Source: the human T2T-CHM13v2.0 reference genome, Homo sapiens
NCBI RefSeq assembly: GCF_009914755.1
Contig: NC_060942.1
DNA: 64,000 nucleotides
Direction: 5' to 3' (one strand)
Made by a program: the position numbers and the translations under genes. Positions 13,020 through 25,589 of the stretch are shown one piece after another (position 1 is the stretch's first letter; each line of letters opens with the position of its first letter). Below the pieces are notes generated by a model that was not told the origin of the DNA, did not search any database, and worked only from the letters and a program-made list of their open reading frames with translations.

Positions 13020-13358
13020 CCATGTAGATGAATCTCAAAAATATCATGTTGAACATAAGACATTGATATTATAAAGTCATAGTGCATGATTCACTTATAA
13101 TTAAATTTTTGAATAGCAAAAATGATCTATTGCAATAAAATAAGACATATTACTTAATCTATAGTAATAAAATAAAGTAATAATAAGTTGTTTCCTGTTT
13201 AAGGAATTGATTAGAAGGACTAGATGTAAAGTTTCTGGAATGATTGAAATGTTCTATATCTTAATTGGGATGGTAGTAACATGGGTTTATGCATATATTA
13301 AGTTTCATCATATTAAACACTTGAAATATCTACATAGTATTCAACTTACCTCTCAACA
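13020..13358 (+). mobile_element. L1MD/L1ME-type 3'UTR fragment
   Basis: gatgaatctcaaaaatatcatgttga...tttctggaatgattgaaatgttctatatcttaattgggatggtagtaacatgggt. Confidence 0.75.
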
Positions 13359-14842
13359 GCTGTACCAAACATGTCTCATAGTGAATTCTGGAAGTATCAC
13401 TATTAAATTTAGGAATAAGACAAGGTGGTTATTATACCTACTATTCTATATTGTACTAGCAGTTCTTAACCATGCATATTTTTTACATCCTCATCATTTA
13501 ATACCTTATAAATCTGTCTGATGTAGTTGTAACCAGTCTTTCAAAGATCTAAATTATTGTTCAAATTAGTATTGCTTTAAAGTGACAAACGGACCTTGAA
13601 AACATATCTGCAAAAGTGAATGGATAGAGTAACCATTTTTTCTGTTGCATATTACGTTTTTAAAAATCTTTTTCTATGTCTTAACACACTAGAAATATCT
13701 TTGAATGTAATCTATATTTAGTTCTCAATGGCTGCAGGGTCAATATTTGCTTCAGAATATCAAGTAGCCAAAGAATTTTTCACTCTCACTATGTGGTTTA
13801 CACTCTACCTAGCAACATCGTGGGAATAAATGAAAGAATCAATTAAAGTGATACAAAGGTGGGTTTACAAATCTAACAAGAACACTGGATTCATGTCATG
13901 ATAAAATTATGATCTTATAGAAAAGCTCTTCATTAAATATACCAAGTGCATCTGTAAGAATGGCTTCAAAAATTAATCTAAAAATTGCTGCAAGTTACTA
14001 AATGCATGTGGTGATCTGATTGGGGAATGGAACGGGAGATTACTAAGAGTATATAGCTGTAAGTGTTCAGTAGAGCAATAACTTTTTAATTCTCTATCCA
14101 TTCAACACTCAAGTAGAGGCACTCGATATGTCAGGGCCAGTGAGCTTTTGGGGGCCTGTTGTGAGAATTTTGGCATTAAATTGAGCTTAGTCTGAATGAG
14201 ATTAAAAGTTGTGTCAAGATGAATCATTGATGCCTTCTTCATTAATTTCAGGCCTGGATCCACTTTAGTCAGAACTTAGTTACTTGGATAATTTCTATTC
14301 CAGCCAACTATACTCTAAGACTGAATTCTTGGGTTAAATAATCAATGCTTATAAATTATTATTCTCCCATTTACATCAGAATATGGCTTACCTCAGAAGA
14401 TTGACTGCCTTGCTTGGATATCAGTAATGTTTTACTTTCCTCTCCTCTGAGTTACATGCAGGGCTCTGCTGCTAGTTCACAGTGGGGATGGATTGTGATC
14501 CTTTGAAGAAGCTGACCCTGCTTCTTGATAATAGGTCATAAAAAGACCTGTTAACATAAGATCTTGTTATCTTGCTCTAGAGGGAAAACTTAGTAAACTA
14601 TGTCTTTTATTTTCTTACATTTTGCCTTTACATTATTTTCTTAAATTAGATTTTTCTTAAATTTTATTTTCTTAAGTTCTGTCAGTTTTCACTATATTTA
14701 AAACAATCATATGATATATTCTTAGAGCTGTAATATGAAAAAGGGCGTGGGAGAACTCTGACATTTGTAGCTTCCTTTCTCTCAATGGAAATTTACAGAT
14801 AAAGAATAGCCTGTGCTGTATAACGTCTAAATTATAAGTTCA

Positions 14843-15143
14843 GACCAAGCGTGGTGGTTCAGGCCAAGCGTGGTGGCTCACGCCTGTAATCCTAGCATTT
14901 TGGGAGGCCAAGGCAGGTGGATCCCCTGAGGTCAGGAGTTTGAGATCAGCCTGGCCAACATGGTGAAACCCATCTCTACTAAAAATACAAAAATCTGCTG
15001 GGTGTGGTGGTGCGTGCCTGTAATCCTAGCTACTCAGGAGGCTGAGGCAGGAGAATCGCTGGAACCCAGGAGGCAAAGGTCGCAGTGAGCCAAGATTGTA
15101 TCACTGCACTCCAGCCTGGATGACAGAGCAAGACTCCATCTTA
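14843..15143 (+). mobile_element. AluS with a duplicated 19-bp head and almost no A-tail
   Basis: gaccaagcgtggtggttca ggccaagcgtggtggctca cgcctgtaatcc...gcaagactccatctt. Flanks tataagttcagac / tatatgttcagac. Confidence 0.95.
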
Positions 15144-17211
15144 ATATGTATATGTTCAGACAAATCATGAGGACAACAAGCATTAAAACAAAGCAAAACA
15201 AAACACTTCTAAAGTGCCTCATGCTTTTTTTTTTTTTTGCCAGAACCTGAACCTGGAATTCGGGTTTTAGTAAATGATGAAAAACTGATTTTTTTTCACT
15301 GGAAATTGATAGAAGCCACAGGTCAGAATTGCCCGTTTGATCTCCATGCCCACGAGTTGAGGCTGCAGGCCTGCACTGAAACTCCTGTGTAATTTAATAT
15401 TTGCAGAAGCTGTCCTCTTTAGAATATTAATACTGCACATGAGGTCGTGAGGCTTCCAGAGCCACACAGAAGCCCTTGCATGTTTTGAACAAAGCTTTTA
15501 AGAGCTTACCAAAAATAAAAAGTGGGTATTTTTGGATGAAGAAACTTGATGTTAAATAGCAGATGAGGCTACTAGGTGTGTTCATGGAAACCCAGTAATA
15601 TATTATCTATTTCCTGATTACAAAAGTGCACTGATTTGACACTCAGAAAGATAGACTTCGTCTAACTCCATTAACTGTAAAATAAAATATAATGTTTATC
15701 TCAAAGATTTCCTGTGTGTAGGATGTCTCTTAGATAATGATATCGTTATGCTTGGTGTTAGGGTCTTGAGTTTTATTTCTGGCTTACTTGTTGACTGTTA
15801 CTTTATTTTAAATAAGTCTGTATCATTTGTCATTCCATTTTCTCCAGTGAGCGTCACCATAAATTAAATGTCTCATTTTTTTCTTCCTCCCCAACCACAG
15901 TCCCTAACCTGGTTTCCATTCAAACATTCTATCTCTGTCATTGACTAATGCGTTCTCACATAATCCATGCCCGGGCCTCAGTGCCGCTTTTGAAGCAGTT
16001 CTAGGTATTTTACATATCTAATCAACAATAAATTATATTGGTTATTTCTTTAAACTTGTTCCTCTTCCTATATTTATCTCTTCTTCCTTCTTATACCCAC
16101 TCATCTCATCACCTTGGATCTAAATTATTGTAATTGATTAATTTTTTATTATTTTATGCATCGTGTTACTTATACAGCACTGTGGTAAACACTTGGCTCT
16201 TCTGCTTTGTACCAACTGACATTGCTCCTAAAGCCTACTATCATGTGATTTTGATATGCTATATAAATATATTTTCCTTGTCTTATTGTTTTCTTACTTC
16301 CTCACCTTCTTTGGACACCTCAAAAGCTCCTGTATCTAATATACTCATCACTCTTTTCTTCTTTGCTGTATTTTATAATTTTTGAAAATAATAGGCTAAT
16401 GTTGAAAAAGGACTTTAATTAGATAATTTAATGCTTATTGTGGCATCTTGGGATCAAATGGGATCAAATTCTCATCACAGATGTACAGGGCTCCAAATTC
16501 TTACCAAGTACAACACTTATTAGTGTTAGCAGAGGATTCGAGGAAGGAGCAGGGAGAGATTTTAACAGCGTAAAACTCTCAGAGGCCTTTGATACTTAAG
16601 ATGCAGCTTCCAGCTTCAGATGCAAAAGTGTGGCCCCTTTTGCACACTGAAATGTGTTCTGGCTATGGGAGGATGAGTGTTCATCAAGAACCAGCCTAGT
16701 GCTGAGTCTGGGGCCCATCACTTGGCATATTTTGCTGGTCGTGCAGCCCAAGCTTATCTACATGGCCTGACTCCTAGGAGCATGCTAAAGGGAGAGTGGG
16801 TGAGCCTCACAGGGATTCCCATTTTATCAGTGAACTCCTTTAGAATTGCCATCTCATGGTAAACTAAAAAGCAGACTCACTTTTAGAAATTTACGCAATT
16901 CTTTTTAAATTTTCTTCATGTGCCGCCTTAAGACCTGCACTGTGTTGGTCTGCTCCCACTGCCATCCATAATGTACAGATTTGTATCCATTAAACGAGCC
17001 AGGCAAAGAGGTAGAACCTCCTAATATCATGCCTAGAGTGGGATTTAGTACATAACAACACCAACCCATGGTAACTTCTTCATCTGCTAGTTAGTAAAAT
17101 CCTATCAGACAATATTACACAATGTATTACTCAAAGGTCAAACTTTCTACAGTTATCCTTGAGGTAGGAGGTAATTTTCAAGGCCAGCTGTTAACTATTT
17201 TCTTTCCATAA

Positions 17212-17775
17212 TTTTTAAAATAAATTTTAATTTTGTATGTTTAAGGTATGTAACACGATGTTATGAGATACTGATAGTAGGAAGGTTACCATAATGAAGC
17301 AAATTAACATATGTGTCATCTCACATAGTAACCTATTTTGTTTGTCTTTGTGTCAAGAGCAGGTAAAATCTACTCATTTAGTGTGAATTCCACATACAGT
17401 ACAATTGTATTTCCTGTAGTCCTCCTGCTGTGTGCTAGCCCTTTAGACCTGTCCCTCCTAGGGATCCGCTATTTTTTAACCTAGGACTTATATCTCCCCA
17501 TTTCCCCACATCCCCATACCTGTTAAGTACTGTTTTGTTCTCTATCTCTATATACTTGATTTTTAAATTTTAGATTTGACATATAAATGAAGTCATGCAA
17601 TGTTTTTATTTCTGTGCCTGGCTTATTTCATTTAGCACAATGTCCTCCAGGCTCATCCATGTTGTGCAAATGGCAAGATCTCATTCTTTTTTAGAACTCA
17701 ATAATATATACCCCAGTTTTGTTAGCCACTTGTCCCAAGAAGAACACTTAGATTGTTTCTATAGCTTGGCTACTG
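17212..17775 (-). mobile_element. L1MA9/L1MB-like 3'UTR
   Basis: gtatgtttaaggtatgtaacacgatgtt...gcaaattaacatat...tttctgtgcctggcttatttcatttagcacaatgtcctccaggctcatccatgttg. Confidence 0.85.
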
Positions 17776-18420
17776 CCAGGGACGTTATCCTCAAACCAGT
17801 TAGGATGTTAGGTTGCCTAGGTGTGGTAGCAGTTACACAGATTTCCTGTACTTGAGCCCAAGGTTAGGTGTGGGGAAGACTAGTATAGAGGAGTAACTCT
17901 ATCACTTATTATCAAAGACACCATAGGCAATTTAACTTACCTGTGTCAGAATTTAATAAATATACAATTTAATATAATTTATAAATTAATAAAATTGAGA
18001 TAACTGTGTACATTATAGGTGCTTTCAATAATTAAATAATGTGCAAAGTGCAGTAAAGAACAATGACACTTAAGAAATCTTAGCCATTTTAAAAGTATAT
18101 TCGTATGGGTGGACAATAATTTACCTTTTCAGGCTACTAGTGTTTCTCTCTGCTTATTATTTTTCGTTTATTTATTTGTCATTTATCTTAGTCAATGGAC
18201 CTACTTTTACAAACATAAATGTATTGGAAGACCATTATACAAAAGAGATGAAAATAAATCGGTTCTTGCTTTGCTAGAAGCCCAGGGCCAGGGTTAGTTG
18301 TTGCCTGGGTCAGGGAGAAGGGATGGGAGCTGCATGTAGTCAGAGATCCCAATTCTTCCTAAGGGTGGGGGTCTCACAGCGCTCTCCAGAGGTGTCTCTA
18401 TTGAGGAATCCATGGATGTA

Positions 18421-18765
18421 CAGTTGTCCCTCAGTATCCTCAGGGGACTGGTTCCGGGACTCCCAAGACTACCACAATCCACAAATGCTCAAGTCCGTTA
18501 CATAAAATGGTATACTACTGTATTGGCATATAATCTATGCACACACCCCCATATACTTTAAATCTCTCCAGATTACTTATAATATTAATACCTAAATACA
18601 AAGTAAATGTTCTATAAACAGTTGTTATACTGTATTTTTAATATTTTTACTTCTTTATTGTATTTTTTTAATTGTATTTTTAAAAAATATTTTTTCTCCG
18701 TGGTTGTTTGAATTCGAAGATGTGGAACCCATAGATACTGAGGACTGGACACGGAAGGCCAATAT
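18421..18765 (+). mobile_element. MER2 (TcMar-Tigger)
   Basis: TA then cagttgtccctcagtatcc...ggactggttccgggac...atgctcaagtcc...cagattacttataat...tgtggaacccatagatac. Confidence 0.88.
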
Positions 18766-18779
18766 TATTTATAAGCTCT

Positions 18780-19207
18780 GCTCATAGCAACTGCTCCTGC
18801 CTCATCTCTGCTCTCACATTCTCAGCTCACTTTATTCAGACATATTGATGATCTTACTGTTTTGCGAACGCTCAAGGTGCATCTCTGTCCTATGTCATTC
18901 ACTGACCTCTTGTTCTTTGTTAATCAGTCTTTGTAGGATGGGTCCATACTTGTCATTAGGTTTCAGCAGAGCGGTCATCTGAGAAAGGCCAACTCAAGCC
19001 CATTGGCAGAAGCTACCACCACGTTTCAAAACATACTAACCATGTCTTTTCCCATTTTACTTATAGGATGGCTCTTACCCTCTCCTGAAATGATCTAGTT
19101 TGTTTACTGCCTACGTCTCCTCAGCTCCATGTATTCCAGCACTAGCACTAAAAACAGTGGCTGAAATGTAGTAGGTATTCAGTAAATATTTTGGTAAGAA
19201 TGAATGA
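18780..19207 (+). mobile_element. L2 3' end
   Basis: Ends aacagtggctgaaatgtagtaggtattcagtaaatattttggtaagaatgaatga, the L2 terminus with its GAAT tail. Confidence 0.7.
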
Positions 19208-19310
19208 TAATTTATTGGGCAACAACTATATGCTAGGCACTGTTTCTGGTGCCGAGATAGACTGGTAATCAAAACAGTCACTATTGTCCTCATACAGCTC
19301 AAAGACTGGT
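19208..19310 (-). mobile_element. L2 3' end, tail-to-tail with the preceding L2
   Basis: atttattgggcaacaactatatgctaggcactgtttctggtgc is the antisense L2 terminus. Confidence 0.7.
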
Positions 19311-19716
19311 TGAATAAAAATCGTGGTGGAGAAACTGCAATGTGTAGAAAGTATATCACACAAGACAGGCATTTGTTGTTTGTTGTTTTCCAAACTGACA
19401 ACTGATTCTGCCTAGATAGAAACTGGCCAGCTACCAGAAGAGGGGAGAAATAATGAAATGCCCAATAATCTTTAAACAAGATAAAAATGTATAAGTATCT
19501 GAAAGTATTAGCATACGTTAAAACAAATTTCCTGATTAGAACACATAATTCTGTATTAAGGAAAATGTGACATAGTAATTTGTATTATTTATTATGTATC
19601 TGTGTCAAAATAGTCTGAAATAAAATATTATATAAATTAAATGAATAATATATTTTTTCTAACTAAAGCTATGTAAATTTACCTGATAATTTATCACTGT
19701 TTTTTCCCTTATTCAT

Positions 19717-19773
19717 TGTTTGTGTGCATGTTTGTGTGCATGTGTGTGTGTATGTGTGTGTGTGTGTGTGTGT
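19717..19773. repeat. (TG)n microsatellite
   Basis: tgtttgtgtgcatgtttgtgtgcatgtgtgtgtgtatgtgtgtgtg... Confidence 0.9.
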
Positions 19774-20070
19774 TCATTAACATGATCTTAATGAGAAAAG
19801 AAATGGTTGTCTTCCATAAAACGATGCTCTTGCCTGGAGAAAGACTAAACATTCAGACAACTACTAAAGCATCTATGATGAAACAGAAGTGGAAATTTTC
19901 AAACAGAGCCCAAATATTTAGCGATTACTCTTCATTAGTAATTAAATTGAAAAAGTAGATTGTTAACAACAGTGTCTAATGCATATATTAAAATTTTAGC
20001 TCCCATAGGATTATCTATCACCACTTTCTGAGAAAAAAAAAATCTCCACTGCATGTTCTTTGCCGTTTTC

Positions 20071-20365
20071 TTTTTTCTTTTTTTTGAGACGGAGTCTTGC
20101 TCTGTCACCCAGGCTGGAGTGCAGTGATATAATCTAGGCTCACTGCAACCTCTGCTTGCCAGATTCAAGCAATTCTCCTGCCTCAGCCTCCTGAGTAGCT
20201 GGGATTACAGGCACATGCCACCATGTGTGGCTAATTTTTGTATTTTTAGTAGAGACGGGGTTTCACCATGTTGGTCAGGCTGTTCTCGAACTGCTGACCT
20301 CATGATCTGCCCGCCTCAGTCTCCCAAAGTGCTGGGATTACAGGTGTTAGCCACCACGACCGGCC
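20071..20365 (-). mobile_element. AluS (Sg-like)
   Basis: Full antisense Alu carrying the 2-bp deletion (gacctcatgatc). TSD tttgccgttttctt / tttgtcattttctt. Confidence 0.93.
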
Positions 20366-21379
20366 TATTTGTCATTTTCTTGTAATAACATGCAGCCACT
20401 CTTTTCTGCACACTTTCCCTTAGCATTTATTATTTTCTGCTGTAATTTCCTGTTTAATCATCTTGCTCACCTAATGGCTGTGTTCCTAAGTACAGAGAAA
20501 AGTGGGGATTATCTCTTTTGAGATTTAGGGAGCTGAATCTTAGGTGAATTACTTCTACCAGGATTAATTTGAGCATTTATCTGGCAACATGGAACTTTTC
20601 AAAGTTGAAGTCAGGACAATAGAAATGGACAATAGTGAGTACAGCTTTAATATTTTAAAATTGTTGGCTGTTACCTAGATATGACTGAAAAGATGTATTT
20701 CTTCTGTACTGGAGTGAGATTTAAATGTATTCTGTATTTCTCAGTCCCTTAAATGATAGTTAAAGTAAAGGAATCAATTGCGTTATTAGGGAGATGAATT
20801 AAATTTTGTAGATTTTGAAAATAAATATCAAATGGTTATGCTGTTACTTTTCTAACAGGAGTTGTATATAAAGTGGAATTTTAAGTGATATTTATAGTGG
20901 ACATTTAATTATATAATGGTGTTCAATTATTAAGCTTTGGTAAGATATCATCAAACTAATTAATTTAGCATCATTTGCATACTGCCTTAAATTAAAATTC
21001 ATATGTTGGTAATTAATTCTTTGACGAGCGGTTTAAAAAGTTAGTCCACGGAAGTTTGGTTCAATTTTAGAGGATCTCTGAACTGTTGAAATTTGATGAA
21101 AATTTTCCACTGTGAATATCCGGGGGAGATGGTGATGCTTCAGAATTTCAAAGAGTTTCATAGTCCCCCCAGTTAATACACAACTTTAAACACATATACA
21201 TAGATAAGCAAAATAAAATTGAGAATTAGAAAAATAACATTTCCAAGCAATTTGATAGTTACAAAAATATTTTGTTAATTATTTTATCTGCATCCATGTA
21301 TTTTAAACTAAATGTTGTACTTCCTTAACTTTTTGCCTAATGTGTGCTAATAATAGTAATTTACTATTTTAATAATTTA

Positions 21380-21671
21380 TGTATTCATTACTTTATATAA
21401 ATGGCTCACTCAGTAGTTTCTGTATGTCAAACACTCTTTTCTAGAAGGTACAAGTAAATAGTTTGTGGTCTCAAAGAGCACAAATTCTGAGGGCAGAGAC
21501 AACTGATAAGCCAATAACCCCTGTTCAGAATGATATGCACACAATCACAGCTATGCTGAGTGCAGGGTAAGCAAGTTTTGTAAAATGAGAAATATTTAAG
21601 ACTTTTTTTATGTTAGGTAGAAAATGGTGGGTAGAGAGGAGAAATAAAGGAAGAATATTCTAGGAAGAGCA
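21380..21671 (-). mobile_element. L2 fragment, host of the ERV insertion
   Basis: tgtatgtcaaacactct...ggtctcaaagagcacaaattctgagggcagagac...ggaagaatattctaggaagagc. Confidence 0.5.
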
Positions 21672-21822
21672 TGTGACCTACCCTGGAGCGCTCTTTGGAT
21701 TGCGTCACTCAGGCTGGCCAGAGTCCCCTGCAGGGATGCTCCACAGGGCAGGCTTAAGCCGCCTAAGAGGCTGCCTTGGCCGACCATCAGTCATCTCGCT
21801 TCCCGGTTAGGGAACCAAGAAA
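21672..21822 (-). mobile_element. HERV-E/Harlequin-type 5' leader fragment
   Basis: The minus strand reads tttcttggttccctaaccgggaagcgag...taggcggcttaagcctgccctgtggagcatccctgc...gagcgctccagggtagg directly after the LTR. Confidence 0.8.
21800..21817 (-). promoter_or_regulatory. Retroviral primer-binding site for tRNA-Glu
   Basis: The + strand TTCCCGGTTAGGGAACCA matches the tRNA-Glu(CTC) 3' end TTCCCGGTCAGGGAACCA at 17/18 positions and lies 5 nt from the LTR U5 end. Confidence 0.85.
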
Positions 21823-22310
21823 TGGAGCAGGATGAGCCACAGACAAAACCTCTCAGACAACTCTCAGAGTTGTAGAAGGAAGGGCTTTATTCAGCTGGGA
21901 GCATCGACAAGCTACTGCCTTAAAATCCGAGCTCCCCGAATGCACGATTTCTGTCCCTTTTAAGGGCTCACAACACTAAAGATTTCACATGAAAGGGTGG
22001 TGATTGATTTGAGCAAGCAGGCAGTACGTGACAGGGGCTGCATGCACGGGTGATCAGAGAGAAACAGAACAGGGCAGGGAGTTTCACAATGTTTTCTATA
22101 CAACGTCTGGAATCTACGAATAACATCCGTGTCTAAGTTACGAGTTGATTTTTAACTACTAGGTTTAGGCCAGGCAGGCCCAGGCCTAGTTTCGGGCCTG
22201 GCGCCGGGCTGCCTGTCTTTGGTTTTACTTCCTTGTTGTTTCTTCTTAAAACAGGTACTGAGTATAGAACAATATAAAACAATATGAGAGGGTCTCTCTC
22301 TTCCCTCACA
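21823..22310 (-). mobile_element. LTR2B-like ERV1 LTR (5' LTR of HERV-E/Harlequin)
   Basis: The minus strand starts tgtgagggaagagagagaccctctcatattgttttatattg. It has a TATA-like ccttaaaa near 21960 and AATAAA at 21886-21891, and is ~488 bp long. Confidence 0.85.
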
Positions 22311-22449
22311 AGCAATAGGGATTTCAAAATAAAAACTGATGGTTTCCAGTAAATGAAAGACTTTGAATACATGTTGGTTTTTTGACAAATCAAAACAGAA
22401 AAAAAAAAAGTTGAAAAACTGAAGGGTGGAAATTGCAAGTACTAACAAA

Positions 22450-24270
22450 TACCAATTTGTGTCTATGATCATTTCAAGAGGTAAGAACTGTGCTAATGAT
22501 GACTGTCATACATAGGGGCAAATAGATGCTGAAAACTGATGATTTAGGAAAATGCTTCGGTTCAGTTGTCTGGAATACTCTATCTATGAGAATTGCTTGC
22601 TGTGACTGGACTTCATTATACCAACAAACTCCCTGTGTATGGTCATTGCACAAATCTACTTGTAGAATACACAATACTTAATAAAAATATATTATCTACA
22701 ATATTTGTTTTTTATACGAATTTTTGTCAAAACTTTTACAAAACTCTTTACAAATTATTAAAACACATAATGATCATTATGACCAGCTTTGACTCCATTT
22801 TTGGTTGTTGATTATTGCAGGTCCATTGTAATCATGCTATCTCAGTACAAAAATTTTTCTTAATGTCCATATCTCTATTAAATCTTAACAATTTGGAATC
22901 AGATAGTTTTGTGACTAAGACATCTATATTACGACAATGATTCTTATGACCAGCTGTGACTCTACTTTTTCAGATATGTGTTTTAATAATTTTGTATGGA
23001 GTTGCATGAAACAAAATAAATTATAAATACATTCTTTTTCTACTTTAAAAATGTAATACAATATAATATAAATGTAATAATTTTTGAACTAGATACTGAC
23101 CAAATATTTTTACTTCATTGCTCTGTAGAAGCAATCAGACAAAAGTTCTGTCTCCCTCGGACTTCAATCATCAAGTAAATTTGTCAGCTAACATCTGAAC
23201 CAACATTTCAACAGTGAGGAAAGAGAATAAATTGAGGAATCCTGGGTTTATCTTCAACATAAACATGTAACACTCTAGGCTATAATACAGTTTTATGTTT
23301 TAAATGCTATCTATGCCTTTCCACAAAGCATAGTACTACATATTCTATATGAAAATCACCAATTTTCAAATGTCATAAAATGTGAACTGCTGTCACAAAA
23401 ACAAAAACAAACAAACAAAAAACAGAATTTTGCCCTTAAAAATGTTTTGGGATTATTGCAAGTCTGTCATAATTTTGCTCTTTCAGTACTAAAACTAGTC
23501 TCAATGTTCTTATATTTCTATTAAATCCTAACATGTCGGAACCAGATAGTTTTGTGGCTAAGACGTCTGTGTTGCAATAATCACCATTAGGACCAGCTGT
23601 GACTCCTTATAACTAAATCTACAAAGTTATACATTATCTTCATTGGAAGATTTCAATTTTATTAGTTATGTCTCATCTCATGTTTACAAAAGAAAATTAT
23701 TAAACTTTCTTTACTTATTTTAGTTACACACTTTATATAATGATCATAAAAACTTAAAGGTGACCATTTCTGCAACTTTTAGCTTGTTTACAGGTCTTTC
23801 AATAATATTTCAGCTCTTTGCAGTAAATATAGCCTTGGATAAAACACTTTGCAAAGTGCCAAATTTCTATGATGTTTCTATTCATGTTGTCAGTGAATAT
23901 ATTTACTTATATCTAAGACTTATAATATTGGTTGCTAAAAGCCCAATTCTACAATATATGCATTGAACTCTGTAATCTTTTTTATAAAGTTTTAGCTTTG
24001 TTTTCAAGAGTAAATGTTTCTCATGTATTCTATAATGGCAATCCCCTTTGAGAGTAACTGAATGTCAATGTTGGGATCTGTCTCCTTGCTCTGCCATCTT
24101 TTTCCTTCACGTTAAAAGTTTTCTGTCATTTCGAATAGCATTCTTCAAGCAATTGATCCAATCTCTTTAGCCGGCCAAACACAAAAACAATACAAAATGA
24201 AATAAAATACCACATAATTAAAATTTAAATACTTACTGAAAAGTAGCAAGTGAGACACAGGAAACACATT
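22450..24270 (-). mobile_element. Decayed hAT-Charlie DNA transposon (transposase fossil)
   Basis: Hand translation of the minus strand gives broken motifs in Charlie/GTF2IRD2-like order: YIVELGF (23938-23958), KVAEMV (23762-23779), TVEMLVQMLADKF (23178-23216), YCVFYK*ICAMT (CxxH region, 22640-22676), RQLNRSIF (22548-22571). Many stops and frameshifts. Confidence 0.6.
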
Positions 24271-24339
24271 TCATGCATTCTCTCTATGCAATGCACAGCT
24301 GTCTGTCTAATATACACCTCAAGCTCAGATCGATCCTTT

Positions 24340-25180
24340 TTATTTTAGAACTATATTTTTATTTCCACTTGGATATGTCATAGACACTTTAAACTCAATA
24401 CATCCAGATATTTTCTCCAAACTTAATCTTAATTTCATGAATGTTTACAAGCAAAAGGAAAACAATCTAGTTAGCTGCAGTATCCAGAATCTTGGAAACA
24501 TTTTCGACATCTCCCATGGCAAGTTGCTTTGCAGGCAAATGAGTGCCACCAATTATTTCATAGATACAAGCTTCTCTCTGACTCCACTGCTACCATCTTA
24601 GAGGAGACACTGTATTTAGTTCTGAATATCCTTTCAATAGATCAATCTGCACACATTCCTTCTTGTTTCTGTTAATTTTCTGACAATTCAGTTATGGTGA
24701 TTTTTAAAAATATTAATGTACCTTTTATTATTTTTTATTATTTTTTGTCATATGAACGTCCAAAGGTCCTGGTGTGACTGTATCACATAAGGGACAGGTT
24801 AATTCTACTTTTAGCATTTCTACTAATAGATGCATCACCATTATTATGAAGCCAATATTACCATCTAACTTCTCTGCATAAAAATAATTTCAAAGAGTAC
24901 TCATTGCTTTTATGATAAAATTCAACATCGTGATTGTGGCCTAACAGACTCTGTATATTCTGTTCTTTTAAACATCAGCCTCAGCTTTACGAATTCACCA
25001 TTTTTAATTCCCTCACCATTATCACTTTTATTAACTCAAATATTTTTTTCACCTACTGGTCTTCAGGCTATCCTCTGCATTTAATGTTTCCATCCCAATA
25101 ATTGCTTAGTAGTATCTACTTATTCTTCATGTCTCAAATGAAATCTGATGCTTTTCAGAAGGGTTTTCTTGGACACATAA
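24340..25180 (+). mobile_element. L2 LINE fragment
   Basis: tttccacttggatatgtcatagacactttaaactcaatacatcca...tcattgcttttatgataaaattcaac. Confidence 0.6.
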
Positions 25181-25589
25181 CACTATGTGTGTTGTTTTTT
25201 TTTTTTTTTTGCCAGTTACATCATTTTCTTTAAATGCATATTTTTTGTTAATAATTCAAACTTTAAAATAACATTTTACATTAGCAGATAGTGTATTTGA
25301 AATCAAAAGAAAAGTAAGGCTACTTGCTTAGAAATATGTTGTAGGGAAAATCTATGAAGGAATAAGTGACAGTTATCACTTTCATGACTGTAGCTGAACA
25401 ACTATGATAAAACCTTTGTAGTATGGGAGAAGGAATAATGCAAGCTCCATTGAAACATAGCTGCCCTGAAGGAGAGTTGGCATATATATTCAGAGATAAT
25501 GCTCGAAGAGGCAAATGGAGTTTCTTGGCAGTGATTAAAAGATAAACTATAGAAATGAAGGACAGCTCAGTTTTTTTCAGGGGCTAGAA

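Noticed and set aside
21800-21817. tRNA-Glu gene
   Set aside because: Only the 18-nt 3' end including CCA matches, and it sits next to an LTR. It is a primer-binding site.
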